A stretch of 64,000 nucleotides of DNA, from positions 50,716,001 through 50,780,000 of the forward strand of contig OZ024746.1 of NCBI GenBank assembly GCA_964016885.1, given 5' to 3'. This DNA is from Eledone cirrhosa (lineage: Eukaryota). Each line of letters opens with the position of its first letter. Positions within the stretch are counted from its first letter, which is position 1. Of this stretch, positions 27,724 to 41,270 are shown in pieces. The notes under the pieces are model-generated. The model did no database searches and was not told where the DNA came from. It was given only the letters and a program-made list of their open reading frames with translations. Made by a program: the position numbers and the translations under genes.

Positions 27724-29128
27724 GCTTCTGCTGGACACCACCAGAGGGTGTTAGCGCCGGTGTTTGCATAGCTACGGCTTCCTAAAACTGTGTTTCTTGA
27801 GAAATACAAAATTTGTATACATATTTGTATAAAGCTATGCTTGAAGCGAAATCTTATTCCTATTATATACATATGCAAAAATAAATGGAGGAGAAGGCAA
27901 TACATTTAAAAACAAGATTTACTCCTTACACGTTGTTTCATCTAAGGTATAATTACAATATAACACGTTTATATATATATGTGCGTATGCATATATATTA
28001 TTATACAGCTCATGCAATTAGAATTCTCAGAGAAGAAACATTATTGTTTTTAATGATGTTGCTGTACAACAGCAAAACGAATTTGTCCAGTAATGGTATA
28101 ATTATTCCTCCATAGGAATAGTTAGAGGCAAGTATACATCGGAGTTCATTCCTTAATCCGCAATACGTTTAAAAGGAGAATAAACTTATTTATCTGAAAG
28201 GGCGCTTATAAGGAGGCATAATTATCTAAGGGAAGTAACTGTGGTGTATTTTAAAATACCCTAGTTATACAACCCAGTGGAGTATAATAGACAGGGCAGC
28301 CTCTTATAACTTTAAGAAGAAATGTAATTTGTGTCTGATGGAAGCATATTATATTATATGTTCCCCACCTACACTTATTAACAATAGAGCCAAAACAGTA
28401 ATCAGTTGTTCACACAGGCTTCCCTACTCTTTCAATAGCAGTCTATAACGTCCAGCCTCAATTTATCCCCCCTCAACCCTAAAATAGATCTTCTATTAAC
28501 TATTTTCTATCGATTAGTCAGGATCACTATAGCTTATAATTATAATTGATGACTTAATTGAAGACTATACACCTTGGCTCCCCAACACACCACCTAACAT
28601 CTACTTTTTCAATGTCACTTAACTTTGGCAAGTTATAATTAAAATATTTTTTTTAATATACCACAGTTACTTCCCTTAGATAATTATGTTCCCTTACAAC
28701 CGCCATTTTAGAATGAACTCCGACGTATTCTTGCTTCTAAGCATTCCTCTGAAGGAATAATTATACCATTAATGGATAAATTCGTTTTGCTGTTGAAGAG
28801 ATTGGACTTTCCTCCAACAACATCATTAATGTTTCTTCTCTGAGGATTTTGAAGTACATAATCTTTATAATAATATATATGCATATACACACCTGTTATA
28901 TTGTAATCCTACCTTAGATTTTAACACTGTATAATCTTGTGCTTGTGTTTAGATGTATTGCCTTCTCCTCCATTTATTTTCCCTTATACCTGCTCTGCTT
29001 ACCTTCTGCGCTTAACTCTCATTAAATATTAACCAAGCATTGAGCACACTTCACCTAGACTGAAGGCATCTAAGATATTATATCATAGTTCTTTCTCTTC
29101 TACTCTCATGATATATGTATCTTTCTTC

Positions 29129-29130
<2 letters not shown>
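27724..29130 (+). mobile_element. Hydra-type PLE, 5'-truncated, with diverged inverted arm (27877-28250), in (TA)n
   Basis: 28255-28448 translates YTTQWSIIDRAASYNFKKKCNLCLMEAYYI...INNR...SCSHR*; 27877-28250 is an imperfect reverse complement of 28655-28980. Confidence 0.75.
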
Positions 29131-29197
<67 letters not shown>

Positions 29198-29198
29198 T

Positions 29199-29272
<74 letters not shown>

Positions 29273-29274
<2 letters not shown>

Positions 29275-29535
29275 CTTCTGGTTTTATAATTTCACAAATT
29301 TTTTCCCAATAGAGAGAGAATCGATTTCTAACATAGACACAAGACTCGCTCACTGGAATTTACACAACATCAACTAGGTAGATTGTGTATGCATGTCTGC
29401 ATGCATGTGTAGATATGGATGTTATTGTATGTGTGGATGTGTATGTTTTGAGTTGTATGTGTGCATGTGTATATGCTTTGTATCTGTACATGTGTATATG
29501 CAGTTATTAGATGCAAAATCTTTGGAATGTTTTAC
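29273..29535 (-). mobile_element. R4/Dong-like family A 3' end
   Basis: Homologous to 3273-3535; here flanked by (TG)n. Confidence 0.85.
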
Positions 29536-29588
29536 GTGTGTGTGTGTATGTGTATGTATGTGCGTGTGTGTGTGTGTGTATGTGTGTG

Positions 29589-29651
<63 letters not shown>

Positions 29652-29907
29652 CAGATTTGTAAAGAGTTAACAAATAATGTGATGTGTGACGGCAGGGTTG
29701 TTTGTATACGCACTATTAGTCGATAATGTACGAAAAAAGCCGGAACTATCAAGTCCGTTACGCGGTAACAGACGATTTACAAAGCAACAAAGATTGGGAG
29801 AGGGTCTTGAAATAATTATTTCCCGCTAATCTGAATATTTTTCATGTTTATTGAGCATTCTCGTTAATTTGTTCAGCACGATAGTATAATTATATATACA
29901 TCTCTCT

Positions 29908-30009
<102 letters not shown>

Positions 30010-30074
30010 GTATATATATATAGAGAGAGAGAGAGTGAGAGAGAGAGAGCGAGATTGATATATATATATATATA

Positions 30075-32390
30075 TTGTTATACTTTGGGAGGGTCATGTT
30101 GCCAATAAGAAACACACGCACCAGATGCTTTCACTTCAATTTATTATAATAAATTTATAAATTTAGGAATTTATAAATTTCCCGTTGGTTGGTTCCACAA
30201 CCAGATGGTTGTTTATATATTGTCAAAGTTCTTTCGCCACACATTCTGTGACCTCTTCAGTGACTGGGGATTCTTTTCTTTGTTTTTTTGTTTTTTGTGC
30301 CTCTCCTTTGTTCTGTCCTACGCCATCTTGTTTTTGTGTGTGTGTTGTGTGCTTAGTTTGCGCATGTGTTACATCCGGGTGTCTGTGTGTGTTTATATTC
30401 GTTTATTTATTTGTTTATTTACATGTTACTGGTTGGTTGTTTGTTCTATGTGCGTGTGTGTTTTCATTTTGTCCTTAATTGTAAGTTGTGATGTTGCTGT
30501 TCCACTCATGTTTTCTATTTAATTTTGGTTGTAATTCATTTATGTTTATTGCCTCTGTGATTTGTCTAAACATTGCGTCTTTTCTGTGTGTAGATTCTAT
30601 TTTTATTTCTATGTTCTCTAATTTCCCCTTATGTTCTATTTTAGCATGTTGGTAGAGTACAGATGATTCTTTACTATCTTGAAGGTCTCGCCAGTGTTCA
30701 TTTATCCGTTCCCCTATACTACGAGCTGTCTCACCTATGTACACTATATTTTTATCTCTACATTGTCCTTCAGTTCATCTTATGCTATATACTACATTTC
30801 TAGTTTTACAGTTAATATGGGGGCTTAATTTACAGATTATACATTTCTTATCTATACAGGGAGGTCTTTGAAAGGGTATGTCTTGCTAATAAGTGTTTTT
30901 ATGGAGGTACCTGGTCTTTCTACTATCTTAATATTGAGTTTATGTTTATTTAGGGCCCTTCTAAATTTGTAAGCTAATTTACCTCTAGGGGTTGTATCGA
31001 TGAACATTAGACTCTGGTATTTATTGCTATCATACCATGAGTTTATTCTATTAGCCTTATTCCTAGTTATTTCTATTCTATTCCAAAATTTGCTCCTATT
31101 CAAGGAGCAGGTCCCATTTGTGTCATTATTTACGATTTTTCCCATTTGGTTCTGGCTCCTCTATACACTCTGATTTTATCTCTCTGATTGTAACCAGAGA
31201 ACTGCATACGGTGGATGAAGTGTTGTATGTGTCTCTCTAGTTCTTCGGGGTTGCACATGCGGGACACGTTTCTCATCACCCGTACCAAATCCGCAATCAG
31301 TATGTTGATTTTGGTATGGTCCGAAACAGCTGAGTTTCGGTGGATCAGATATTTGGAAGTCATGGGTTTGGCATAATGGGAATGGAGGATTTGTTTTTTG
31401 TTATTAATGGTATCTAACCAGAGCTCTGTGTTTAGTACAGGTAATCGATGATTGGGGTGTTTGCTTGGGTAGTCTATAGTAACTCTAATACTCTGGTGGA
31501 TGGAGTTAGCTATTTGCTGGATGCTTTCCATTGTGTTTTTCTCTAATTCCTGACTTTTCTCTAGTGGGGATGTTTTAACTACGATGTTTATATCATCAAC
31601 GTAGCGGGAGTACATTATCAGGGTTAAGGGGTCTTCTAATTGTTCTTTAAGTTTAAGTTTAAGTCTACTGTCCCACCATACCATGAATAGGTTAGCTATG
31701 TCGCCTGCAATGCTAACACCAATGGCTGCTCCCTCCTCTTGGGCATATGCTTTTCCATTAAATTTGAACATTTGTTCCTTAAGGGTTAATTTTATGCTGG
31801 CCCCCACCGCATGTGCAATCATTTTCTTTAGTTCATCGTGGTTTTCGGGGGTCCGTATGGCTCTGGTCCACCCGTTCCATCTATCTGTGTGGGTTTTCTT
31901 GGCTCTTGAGGTAAGGGTAGGTGGTCTGCCTCTTGCTGGTCTTGTAGGGCACAGGTTGCTAAGGTCATATGTGTCTAGATAATTATTACTATAGGTAAGT
32001 TTAAATAGGAGTCCCAGCTCACTGGTATCAATCCCACGGAATTCAACATTGCTCTCACTGATCATTTCTATGCATGTCTCCACAGCAAAATCCACGTCAA
32101 TAGATGGATACAGGGACACAACATCCATACTACCTATTATGCAGTTTGTTAGGTCCCTAGATCGGTTACTCTCGCCGATTCTGCTGAGGAGGTCCTCCGT
32201 GCTGTCATATACATCTGGGGACATTTCAATGATGGGGCGTATGATCAGGGAGAGGAAGTAGGACAGTCTGTAGTTACTAGCAATGTTAGCTCCACAGACT
32301 GGCCGTGTTGGTGGTCCTGGTCTTTTCGAAGCCCATACAACGCTGGCACGTCATTGTTCCAGGCCTGGAAGTTGTTGGCAGTGCATGCCG
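30075..32390 (-). mobile_element. Naiad-type PLE (RT + C-terminal GIY-YIG), 5'-truncated, frameshifted, 3' end in (TA)n
   Basis: LYGLRKD, GPPTRPVCGA, GSMDVVSLYPSI, GAAIG, RYVDD, HYAKPM, TP.G.LA, linker CIDKKCIIC, NVVYSIR*TEGQC...YIGETARS..ER..EH. Hammerhead in the 3' UTR. Confidence 0.88.
30222..30264 (-). ncRNA. Minimal type I hammerhead ribozyme in the Naiad pLTR
   Basis: gtca-CTGAAGA-g-gtcaca gaatg tgtggc-GAAA-gaac-TT-tgac: stem I gtca/tgac, 6-bp stem II, very short stem III. Confidence 0.75.
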
Positions 32391-32800
32391 TTCTTTTGTT
32401 ATAACCAAAGAAGAAGGTTCAGGGTTTACAAATAAACCATGGCTAAATGCAAAACCATTATGGAGAATGATACGAATGAGATTTGCTCACTATACAGGAG
32501 CAAATCATGGAATAACATAGAAAGGACTAAGAAAAAGATAGGGAAGGCCAACTTATGATATGACAGCCATAAATACCAGAGTGTTATTTTCGTTGATGCT
32601 ACCCCTAGAGGTGAACTAGCATATCATTTGAGAAGAGCTTTAGGCAAAATAAACCTAAGGATTAAGTAATAGAAAAACTAAGAGCTTCCATAAAATCCCG
32701 GATCAGCTGGGCATACTTCTTTAGGAAAACACTCTGTACTGATATAAACTATATAGTCTGTAAGATAAACCCGCAGATAAACTGTGAAACTAGAAATGTT
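32390..32800 (+). mobile_element. Diverged Naiad fragment (thumb/linker), head-to-head with the minus-strand copy
   Basis: Translates ENDTNEICSLYRSKSW...YDSHKYQSVIFVDATPRGELAY, homologous to 30800-31190 with stops and indels. Confidence 0.75.
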
Positions 32801-32958
32801 TAATCATTATAATTATTTCCACGGTTCTCCATGCAATCGAGAAGTCCTTCATGCATTTGTTGTTGTTATGAGAAGAGTATCCTCAGATGATAACCGATTT
32901 GTTTGATATGCCGCCGGCAGGAAAAACACACGTCCTATTGCTTGTGTGCCCAGCAGAC

Positions 32959-33008
<50 letters not shown>

Positions 33009-33010
<2 letters not shown>

Positions 33011-33192
33011 CGAAGGAGGTGTGGTAAGGAACCAGATGGACCACAACGCACGAGAGTAGTAGAGTGGGTAATAGGAAAATGTATGACAGCGACGTCAGAG
33101 CTCAAGCCGTTTCGACAGCTATTTCTGGACGCAAATCCAGAAATAGCCGTCGAAACGGCTTGAGCACTGCCGTCGGGGGTCATACATTTTCC
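33009..33192. mobile_element. Fold-back PLE pLTR relic, family P1 (copy 2)
   Basis: Tail plus ~55 bp inverted arms around gcaaa; (TA)n flanks. Confidence 0.75.
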
Positions 33193-33378
33193 TATATATA
33201 TATATATATATAACGGACCATGACCATGGAGTTCTTTGTCCTTCGTTTGTATTTTTATTTGCTTTAAAATCATTTTTTAAGGTTTCCCCTTCAAAAATTG
33301 TTTATCGTTTTGTTTTTTTTCCATTCGTTGTCTTGTCCTCTCGTTAAATTTCCTAGTTTACAGTGTATACACACACAC

Positions 33379-33477
<99 letters not shown>

Positions 33478-34238
33478 TATATATATATATATATATATGA
33501 TGATGTGCAGAATTTAACCACGCAGTGCGAGATTACGTAATAATTCGACTCGTAGGTGATTACATCACTGTATTGAAACATCACTTAGTGACTCTATTAT
33601 ATAACAAAAATTTCTACGAATTTCAAAAGATGTTTTTTTACTGATATCCTCTCTATATTACACACACACACACATACACACACATATATATTCTATCAGT
33701 CTGTATGTCTGACTGTCTGTGTATATGTACTGTATGTATATATATATGTGCTTTATGTATGTTTGTTTGTATGTAGGTATGTATGTTTGTATGTATGTAT
33801 GTATGTATGTATGTATGTATGTATGTATGTATGTATGTATGTATGAGGGAGCTTATAGATAGGACAACACACGCTGTCTTTTCGTGGGGTAAGTTTTTAA
33901 TTAATTTTTGTATTCTGAAACATCAAAATACAACAATTTTTTGGTCACTGGATTCGGGAATGTCACGACAGAAGTTTGTGGAAGTTACACAAATATTTTA
34001 GTATATTTTAGCAGAGCAATCCTTATTTATATTTTACTTTTTACATTTACTTACATCTCAATATAACATGGCTAAAATTCAAATTTTGCAAAGAGAAGAA
34101 AACGGACAAATGAACTAGATACATCTCACTGTCCCCCACCACCACAATAACGTCTACACTCTCTCCCCACCATCACATGTCATTACCCTATCTAGACTAA
34201 AGTCATCGACCTGTTGCCAACTCTCTACTCTGTGTTGA

Positions 34239-34278
<40 letters not shown>

Positions 34279-34649
34279 ATGTGTGTATATACATCACTCA
34301 GTCAAACGACCAGATTTCAACCCCAACATCTACAACAACAACACCGGCACTAATGTTTACAGCAACAGCAGCTTCAGGATGAATTGAAATGAACATTTAC
34401 AGCAACAGCGGCATCAAACGATTAAAAAAAAAAAAAAAAAATAACACAAACAAAAAAACTCAAAATAACAAAACACACACACACACGCACACAACACAAC
34501 AACATCAACTGCCACCACCACCACCACCACCACCACCACCACCACCACCACCACCACCACCACCACCACCACCACCACCACCACCACCACCACCACCACC
34601 GCCATCACCATCACCAGCGATGAGAAAACAACTTTAATAATAATAATTT

Positions 34650-34800
34650 TTCTGCTTTTGGCACGGATCCAGCGACTGGCCCAGCGCATTACTGGTACTC
34701 TCTTTTGTTGACTCCGTGGGGATGAAAGGCAAGGTTGACCTCGGCGGGATTTAAGCACAGAGCGTGGAGAGCCATAGCTCTATGCTGTAAAGCAATTATA
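34650..34800 (-). mobile_element. MetaSINE, degenerate
   Basis: Reverse Meta core ctggtact...ggatgaaaggcaaggttgacctcggcgggattt. Confidence 0.7.
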
Positions 34801-35384
34801 ATAATACTGGACTGTAATACGAACGGCTTCAACTATACAAACTCTTGAAAGTCAACAGTTGACATAATCTTGTAATCTTGTATCAGTAATGACGGTAATA
34901 TATATATATATATATGTGTGTGTGTGTAAGTGAGTAGCGTGTGTGTGTTTGTTTGTATGTATGAGCGTTGCTGTGTGCGCGCGTATGTATGCGCGTGTGT
35001 GTATGTCGTACGTATAAGTGTCAATAAGGGATTTTTTTGTTGTTGTTTTTTTTTGCACGGGGGCATAGAAATAATCGGGCTGGATGCCCGAACGCGCAGT
35101 TAAACCACTGGGAGTGAAGAACCCCTAGCCCTTGTCAGGGCATTCTTCTAGGAGAAGGCATCTCAGGAAACTGGGTTAACTCCGACATAAAAGCTGCGGC
35201 TCAGTAGTTACCGATGATGTTGATCTTTTCTTCTTTTCGGGTTATAGCTACTGTCGCGCAGAGAGTGGGATTGGCTCAGTGCACAGTCTTTCCTCACTTT
35301 AAAAATATTCGTCACGCACAGGCATTGCACGAGTGCATTAATAATTATTAATAGTGTATTATTATTATTATTATTATTATTATT

Positions 35385-38300
35385 GGCGACCTACGTAGTA
35401 AATCGTATCATCGTGAGCTCTGCAAAGGTTTGTTATTTCCGTTTGTTAAAAATTGCCATTATGGAAAATTTTTATTGTTAACTATATATAAGCGCACATA
35501 CATTGTTTTCCGAAAAGGACACCCAAAAAGATTGGGGCCTTGTGCCCAAAATTTAAACTTATATGATTATCAAAAAATTTCTTTGAAAAAAAAATGGCTA
35601 ATTCGCCAAGCAGCTGAGAACCTTCCTCACAAATTAACACCTCACACCGACACCACCATTGTAAATGTTACTACGTTTGCCAACACTAAAAAAAATATAA
35701 GCAGTAGCAATATTTTAAATTTGTAGGCAGACATTCATTTCCCGCCAATACCAATGACTGCAGGTGTTAAAGCCGCCACCACCACCACCACCACCACCAC
35801 CACCACCACCACCACCACCACCACCACCACCACCACCACCACCGCGACCCCCCCCACCACCGCGACAACAGAAACAAAAGGAAAAAATAAAACAACTCGT
35901 GATGTCGAAATGTTTTCAACGAAAATGGACTCATCCACACCGAACACCACTGACGTCACCACCACCACAACTGAAACTAAAATTAATAATAACAAAAATA
36001 ACGATAACAACAACAGCAACAATGACATTAAAAAACCACCCTGAGTTTTGCCAGAGTAGCAAAACAGTGCGAAGCATTTACGGTAACTCAGGAGGAATTA
36101 GAAAATGCCAAAAAATGGCAAAGAAAGATGGGTACAGGGTCAGCCCCCCCCCCACCTAATAAAATGGAGCATCGGCGCCTATACACCGTGTCGTATCGAA
36201 CAATTAATGTAAAATCGCGCCGAGTGGAACGGGCATCCGAGTCCCAAATCCAAAAAGCTTTGGGACATGTGTGGGCAAGAAAACCCACATCAGACGTGGG
36301 CAGAAGTATGGAACCGTGGACGTGTTCTTTGAAACACCAGAGGAGGCTAGAGAACACTCCATGGCCCAATTAAGAAGTGACGACTTCACACTCATCCCAA
36401 GCTATTGTGGCCAGAGACTCGTAAAGATCAGGGTGACCCACGTTCCACCGGCCATCGAAATTCCCTGGCTAATAGCTGCCGTCCTCGCCGGCATCGAAGC
36501 CAACACAAAGATAATAGCAATAGCAAAAGAAAAGCAGGAGAACTGTTTCGGAACTGGGATGGAGCTCCTGATCCAAGCGGACCAAAAAAGCATTGAGGAG
36601 ATCCCAGAGGTAATAGACCTCACTGACGGCAGCCACGTCACCGTAATTGTCGAGGGCAGAAGGCCTAGGTGTGTCGTTTGTGGTGAAGGAACCCACCTAA
36701 GGGCTTTCTGCCCTCAGGCTAAAAGGTTGAGGCCACCTCTCCTACCCACCCCAGTGACTCAACCATCAATACCACCAGTAGCAGAGATGACAGCAACAAC
36801 TGTAGCAGCAACAACAGAAGCAACTATAACAGCAACAACCCCAGCAACAGTAGCAAAACCAACACCACCACCACCAGCAAAACCAACACCACCACCACCC
36901 AACGCTTCAGAACTAGCACCAGCGCCTACACCATCCACCACGCCACAACCAAAACTAACGCCTGTGGAGGATTTTCCACTCCCCGGCCTATCACAACTGG
37001 AGACTGATTGTGACGACGAGGAGTGGGAAACGGTATCAGGAAAAAAAAAAGAAACCAAAAAAAGAAAAAATTCTCTTCCTTCTCCCTCCAAAAACAAAAT
37101 ACAGAGGGAAACAAATAAATTAACAAACAAAAAAGTTAGGACAGATATGCCACCATCCACACCAGCATCACCAACCCCATCACCCCAAACACCAACACCA
37201 TCACCATCATTAACCCCAACACCACCATCACCTACACCACAAAAGTCACCAAAATGCGAAACAGAAACAAACCCACAATGAACGCAAACAAAACAAAACA
37301 ACCAAAACGATACACACTACACAGCATTAAATTTGAACAACAACCAATTATTACACTACATCCAACACAACACCAACATCACAGAAAAAGACTACACAAC
37401 AACCCCAAAATTCACACCACCTCCACACATACAAATCACTCGCATCACACAGAAAACGTACATGACACTAAAACAAATATTCCCCAAAGACATCGGAGAC
37501 TTCCGACAAGTACTCTCCAGGAGGATTTATAAGGACATCCTTCCTGAGGAGGCCACAAGCAGTGAAAAGGATGGAAAAACCGTCCTTCCTCTACGAGAAA
37601 TAAGGTAAGTGGTCTTTCCCATCTTTTCCACTCCTTTTCAACATGACCTCACTCAGAATAGGCAGCATAAATGCGCGTGGCTTGGGGTCGTCATGGAAGC
37701 AGGGCCACCTGCTCAACGACCTCAGGTCACTAAACATAGATTTAGTGGCCATCAGCGAGACCAGAATCTCCGAAGCACGGGCCTTCGCACCGATCTTCGG
37801 CGGCTACGATGTGTACGCATCTCCCAGCCGTCCGGGATCGGGGGGAGGAGTTGCTGTGCTTTTTCGGAGAGGTTTGGATCTTGCCATACGGGCCATCTTC
37901 CTGGACCCAGAAGGTAAGTTGGTGGTGCTGGACGTGACCAGCGGAGACGGGCAAGCTTTCAGGTTAGTGGCCGTCTATGCCCCGACAGGAGCAGGGCGGC
38001 CTGATTTGTTCCGGCGTCTGGAGACCTTTCTTGGAACGTCCCGCTCTTTAGTGTTAGTGGGCGACTGGAACGGGATCTTAGATGCACGCTGGGATTGTGT
38101 GGGATTAGTGGATAGGGGAGGAGGGTGCAAGAGTCTCACCAACCTGTTCAGGCGTTTTGAACTGTCTGACAGGTACCGATTGGATTTCCCGAATGTACCA
38201 ATGTCGACTTGGACAAATCGCATAGGGTCATCCAGATCATATCTAGATAGAGTATTTTGTAGGGAAATAGATAGGTCTAGCATAGGCTGTCCACAATTCA

Positions 38301-41270
38301 AGATAGTCAGCTACACGGACCACAAATTCGTGATCTGTGTGCTTGACTTAGATAGGCTTCATAGACGAGGACCAGGCTACTGGAAGCTAAACGCATCCTT
38401 ACCAGCGCGCAAGGCCTACAGAGACCGGATTAGCGAACTAGTTAAGCGGGCGTTGACGGGGGCCCATCGTCAATAACAAGTGGTGGTTTGCTCTGAAAAG
38501 AGCAATTAGAATAGAGTCCATTAGGTTTAGTAAGGCTTTAGCAATAGAGAAAAATAGAGCAGAGGGAGAATTAGTTAGAAAATTAGACGAGGCGCTTTGC
38601 AAAGGCATCGCGACCGACGTACTTGCGGCGAAGGCTGCGTTGTCAGAGCTAGGGTGCGTGCTCTCAGACACGAGGGGACGAAAGCCGTTCAATGGGCCCG
38701 AGTGGCGGAGGCGCGTCGTGGCAACAAAGCCACGATGCGGTCTTTGGTAGACCACGACGGGCGCATGCTACTCGATCCCGGGCAAATGTGTGAAGCTTTT
38801 CAGCGACACTTCGCTCAACTGTTCGGGGGCAGTGGCGGGCCGGATCGAGGGATGGACTTTAGTGTCTACCTCGACGGATTGCCGCGGCTCTCGGCCACTG
38901 AGGCAGAGTGTTGCGAAAAGCCGATAACAGCCGCTGAAGTACGGGAGGCAATGACTGGCTGCACAAGGAGTAAATCGCCTAGTTTGGATGGTCTGTCCTA
39001 TGAACTTTACGTACAAATGCCAGACTTGTTCGGAGGCCTCTTAGCGGACGTCTACTGCAACTGGCAACAGAACAGGAGGATTCCCAGCTCTGTGAGCCGA
39101 GGAGTGGTGGCGCTGCTGAGAAAGGATCCGAACAAGGGGGATAACATAGATAATTTTAGGCCCATAACTCTGCTAAACACAGAGTTCAAGATTTTGGCCA
39201 AGGTGCTAGCAAAGAGGTTGGCGCTTGTCGTTGGTGGTCTGGTGGGAGAGGCGCAGACATGCGCCATTCCCGACAGATCCATCTACGACAACCTCCACCT
39301 CATGCGATACATCGTAGAGAGGGTAGCTAGGGAACCTGGCACGGGTGGGTCTTTGATAAATTTAGATCAGTTGAAAGCCTTCGATAGGGTCGACCATCGT
39401 TACCTAGCGGCAGTCCTGAGGGCGGCTGGCTTTGGGCCCGTCTTCAGAGGCTGGATCGCTGCCATGCACAGCGAAATCTGCTCTGTGGTGAGAGTGAACG
39501 GTCACCTTTCGGAACCGTTCAACATCATGCGCTCGGTCCGCCAAGGATGTCCCCTCTCGTCCCTTTTGTACGTATTGACTCTCAAGCCATTACTGCACAA
39601 ACTGGAGACGTTGAGGGGGGTCCCGCGCGAACTAGGATGCGGAAGATCCGTGGCAGCATATGCGGACGATGTCACCGTAGTGGTGTCGAACGCCAAACAC
39701 ATCGAGGCAATCGGCACTACACTAAGAGAATACGAAGCGGTGACAGGAGCAATGATCGACCAGGAAAAGTCAGTGGGCCTGCAGCTCGGCACCTGGAGAG
39801 GCAGGTCCATGCCGTCCAACAGCGTCGTCGGGCGCTGGACGGACGGGCCGGTTAAATTGCTAGGGGTCTGGTTCGGTCCGGACCTCCAGACGGACAAAAA
39901 CTGGGACGAGGTGACGAGCAGGGTGGCTTCTCTCACCCAGAAACGGGCCGAGAGGAAGCTATCCCTGAAAGGTCGAGCGGAGGTGGCTAACGCGTACATC
40001 GCGTCCGTCATCTACTACCGCCTGACCCTCGTACCTTGTCCTAAGCCCCACCTGACTGCGCTGGGGCGTTTGCTCTTTCGCTTTTGTGGAAGGGACACGC
40101 TCCGATGGTCAGGCGGTCCATCTGCTGTCAACACCCGCTACGTGGAGGGCTGGGAATACCGTGGCTGATGATGCGCAGACATGCGCTCAGGCTACGACAT
40201 CTCCACCTCTTCCTCGACGGTGATCAGGTGTGGTCGCCGTTTGCTAGACACGTGTTTCCCCAGCTCGTTTCCTTGACGGAGCTGCAGTCCTGGGTCAAGC
40301 GAAGACCGAGAGGGAGCGCCTGGAGACTGGAATGTCTTCAGGCACTCACAGCCCTTGACCAATCGGGCAATGTGATCGGTGGAAACACCACCTTGGCGTT
40401 CTATAGAGGATTAGTGGAGGGGAAGAGCGACGACGTACTTGGAGAAACTCTAGGCGTCGACGAAAATCAACTAGCCAATCTCTTCGGAAGGACTTTCAGG
40501 CCGGGGCCTATGGACAACTTCCAGAAATCCCTGGCCTGGAAGTGCTCTCGGGGAGCTTTGCCAGTTCGGGATAAACTCTACAGGCATGGAGGTGCCGTCA
40601 GCCGGGCATGTCCGAGATGCGCGCAGGGCGACGAAACCGTCCTGCACGCACTCGTCCAGTGTCCGAGCATTGCTGACTTGTGGGTTTATGTCGAACACCT
40701 GCTGTCACGTGTAGGACGGATCCAGCTATCAGCTGAGTCCATCGTGAGGATTGCTCCGCCCTCTTCCTTTAGCCGGGAAGGGCAGGCAGTTTTTATCTGT
40801 CTGGTGGCCATGGCGAAAGAGATAGTATGGTGGACACGTTTGAAAGGGCTGAAGACGAGCACTTACCTCTTCAGTGATGCCCTGATTAACATTTTCAAAT
40901 TTCATTTGAAAAGGAAAATCAGGGTAGAGAGGGAAGTGCTCTCTTCCCAGCATTTTGTTGAAAGATGGGTGAGAGAAGCAAGTATGGCCCGAGTGAATGG
41001 GCCTACTCTGAGTATGTGTCTGTAAATTAAAGGTGGAAAACTGGGAGAGGGCACTTGCCCTGGTGGTCAGGGTCACTGTGGTCTTTTAATGGGCTTTCGC
41101 CACAAATGTCCCTCGGAAGTCTCCCCCCTATTGGGGAATTTTTCTTTGTTATTTTATTACATCCTCTGTTTTTTTTTACACGCAGAAATGCCCATTTGTA
41201 CTGTCCTGTATTGTCCTGTACTGTTCTTAATGTCTACTTTATGTAAACCCTTGTGGTTAATAAAGAAAAC
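35385..41270 (+). mobile_element. Near full-length Tx1-clade LINE inserted in (ATT)n
   Basis: ORF1 pieces to 37608 with gag-type knuckle CVVCGEGTHLRAFC. ORF2 37643-41025 in three frames (SINARGL, GDWN, AYADD, CPRC..ET..H...C). Ends AATAAAGAAAAC then ATTATT; ATT repeats at both ends. Confidence 0.93.

Noticed and set aside
32560-32575. TGA in the diverged plus-strand Naiad fragment
   Set aside because: It aligns to Trp (SWYDS), not Cys, in a heavily decayed copy, so it is an ordinary nonsense mutation.
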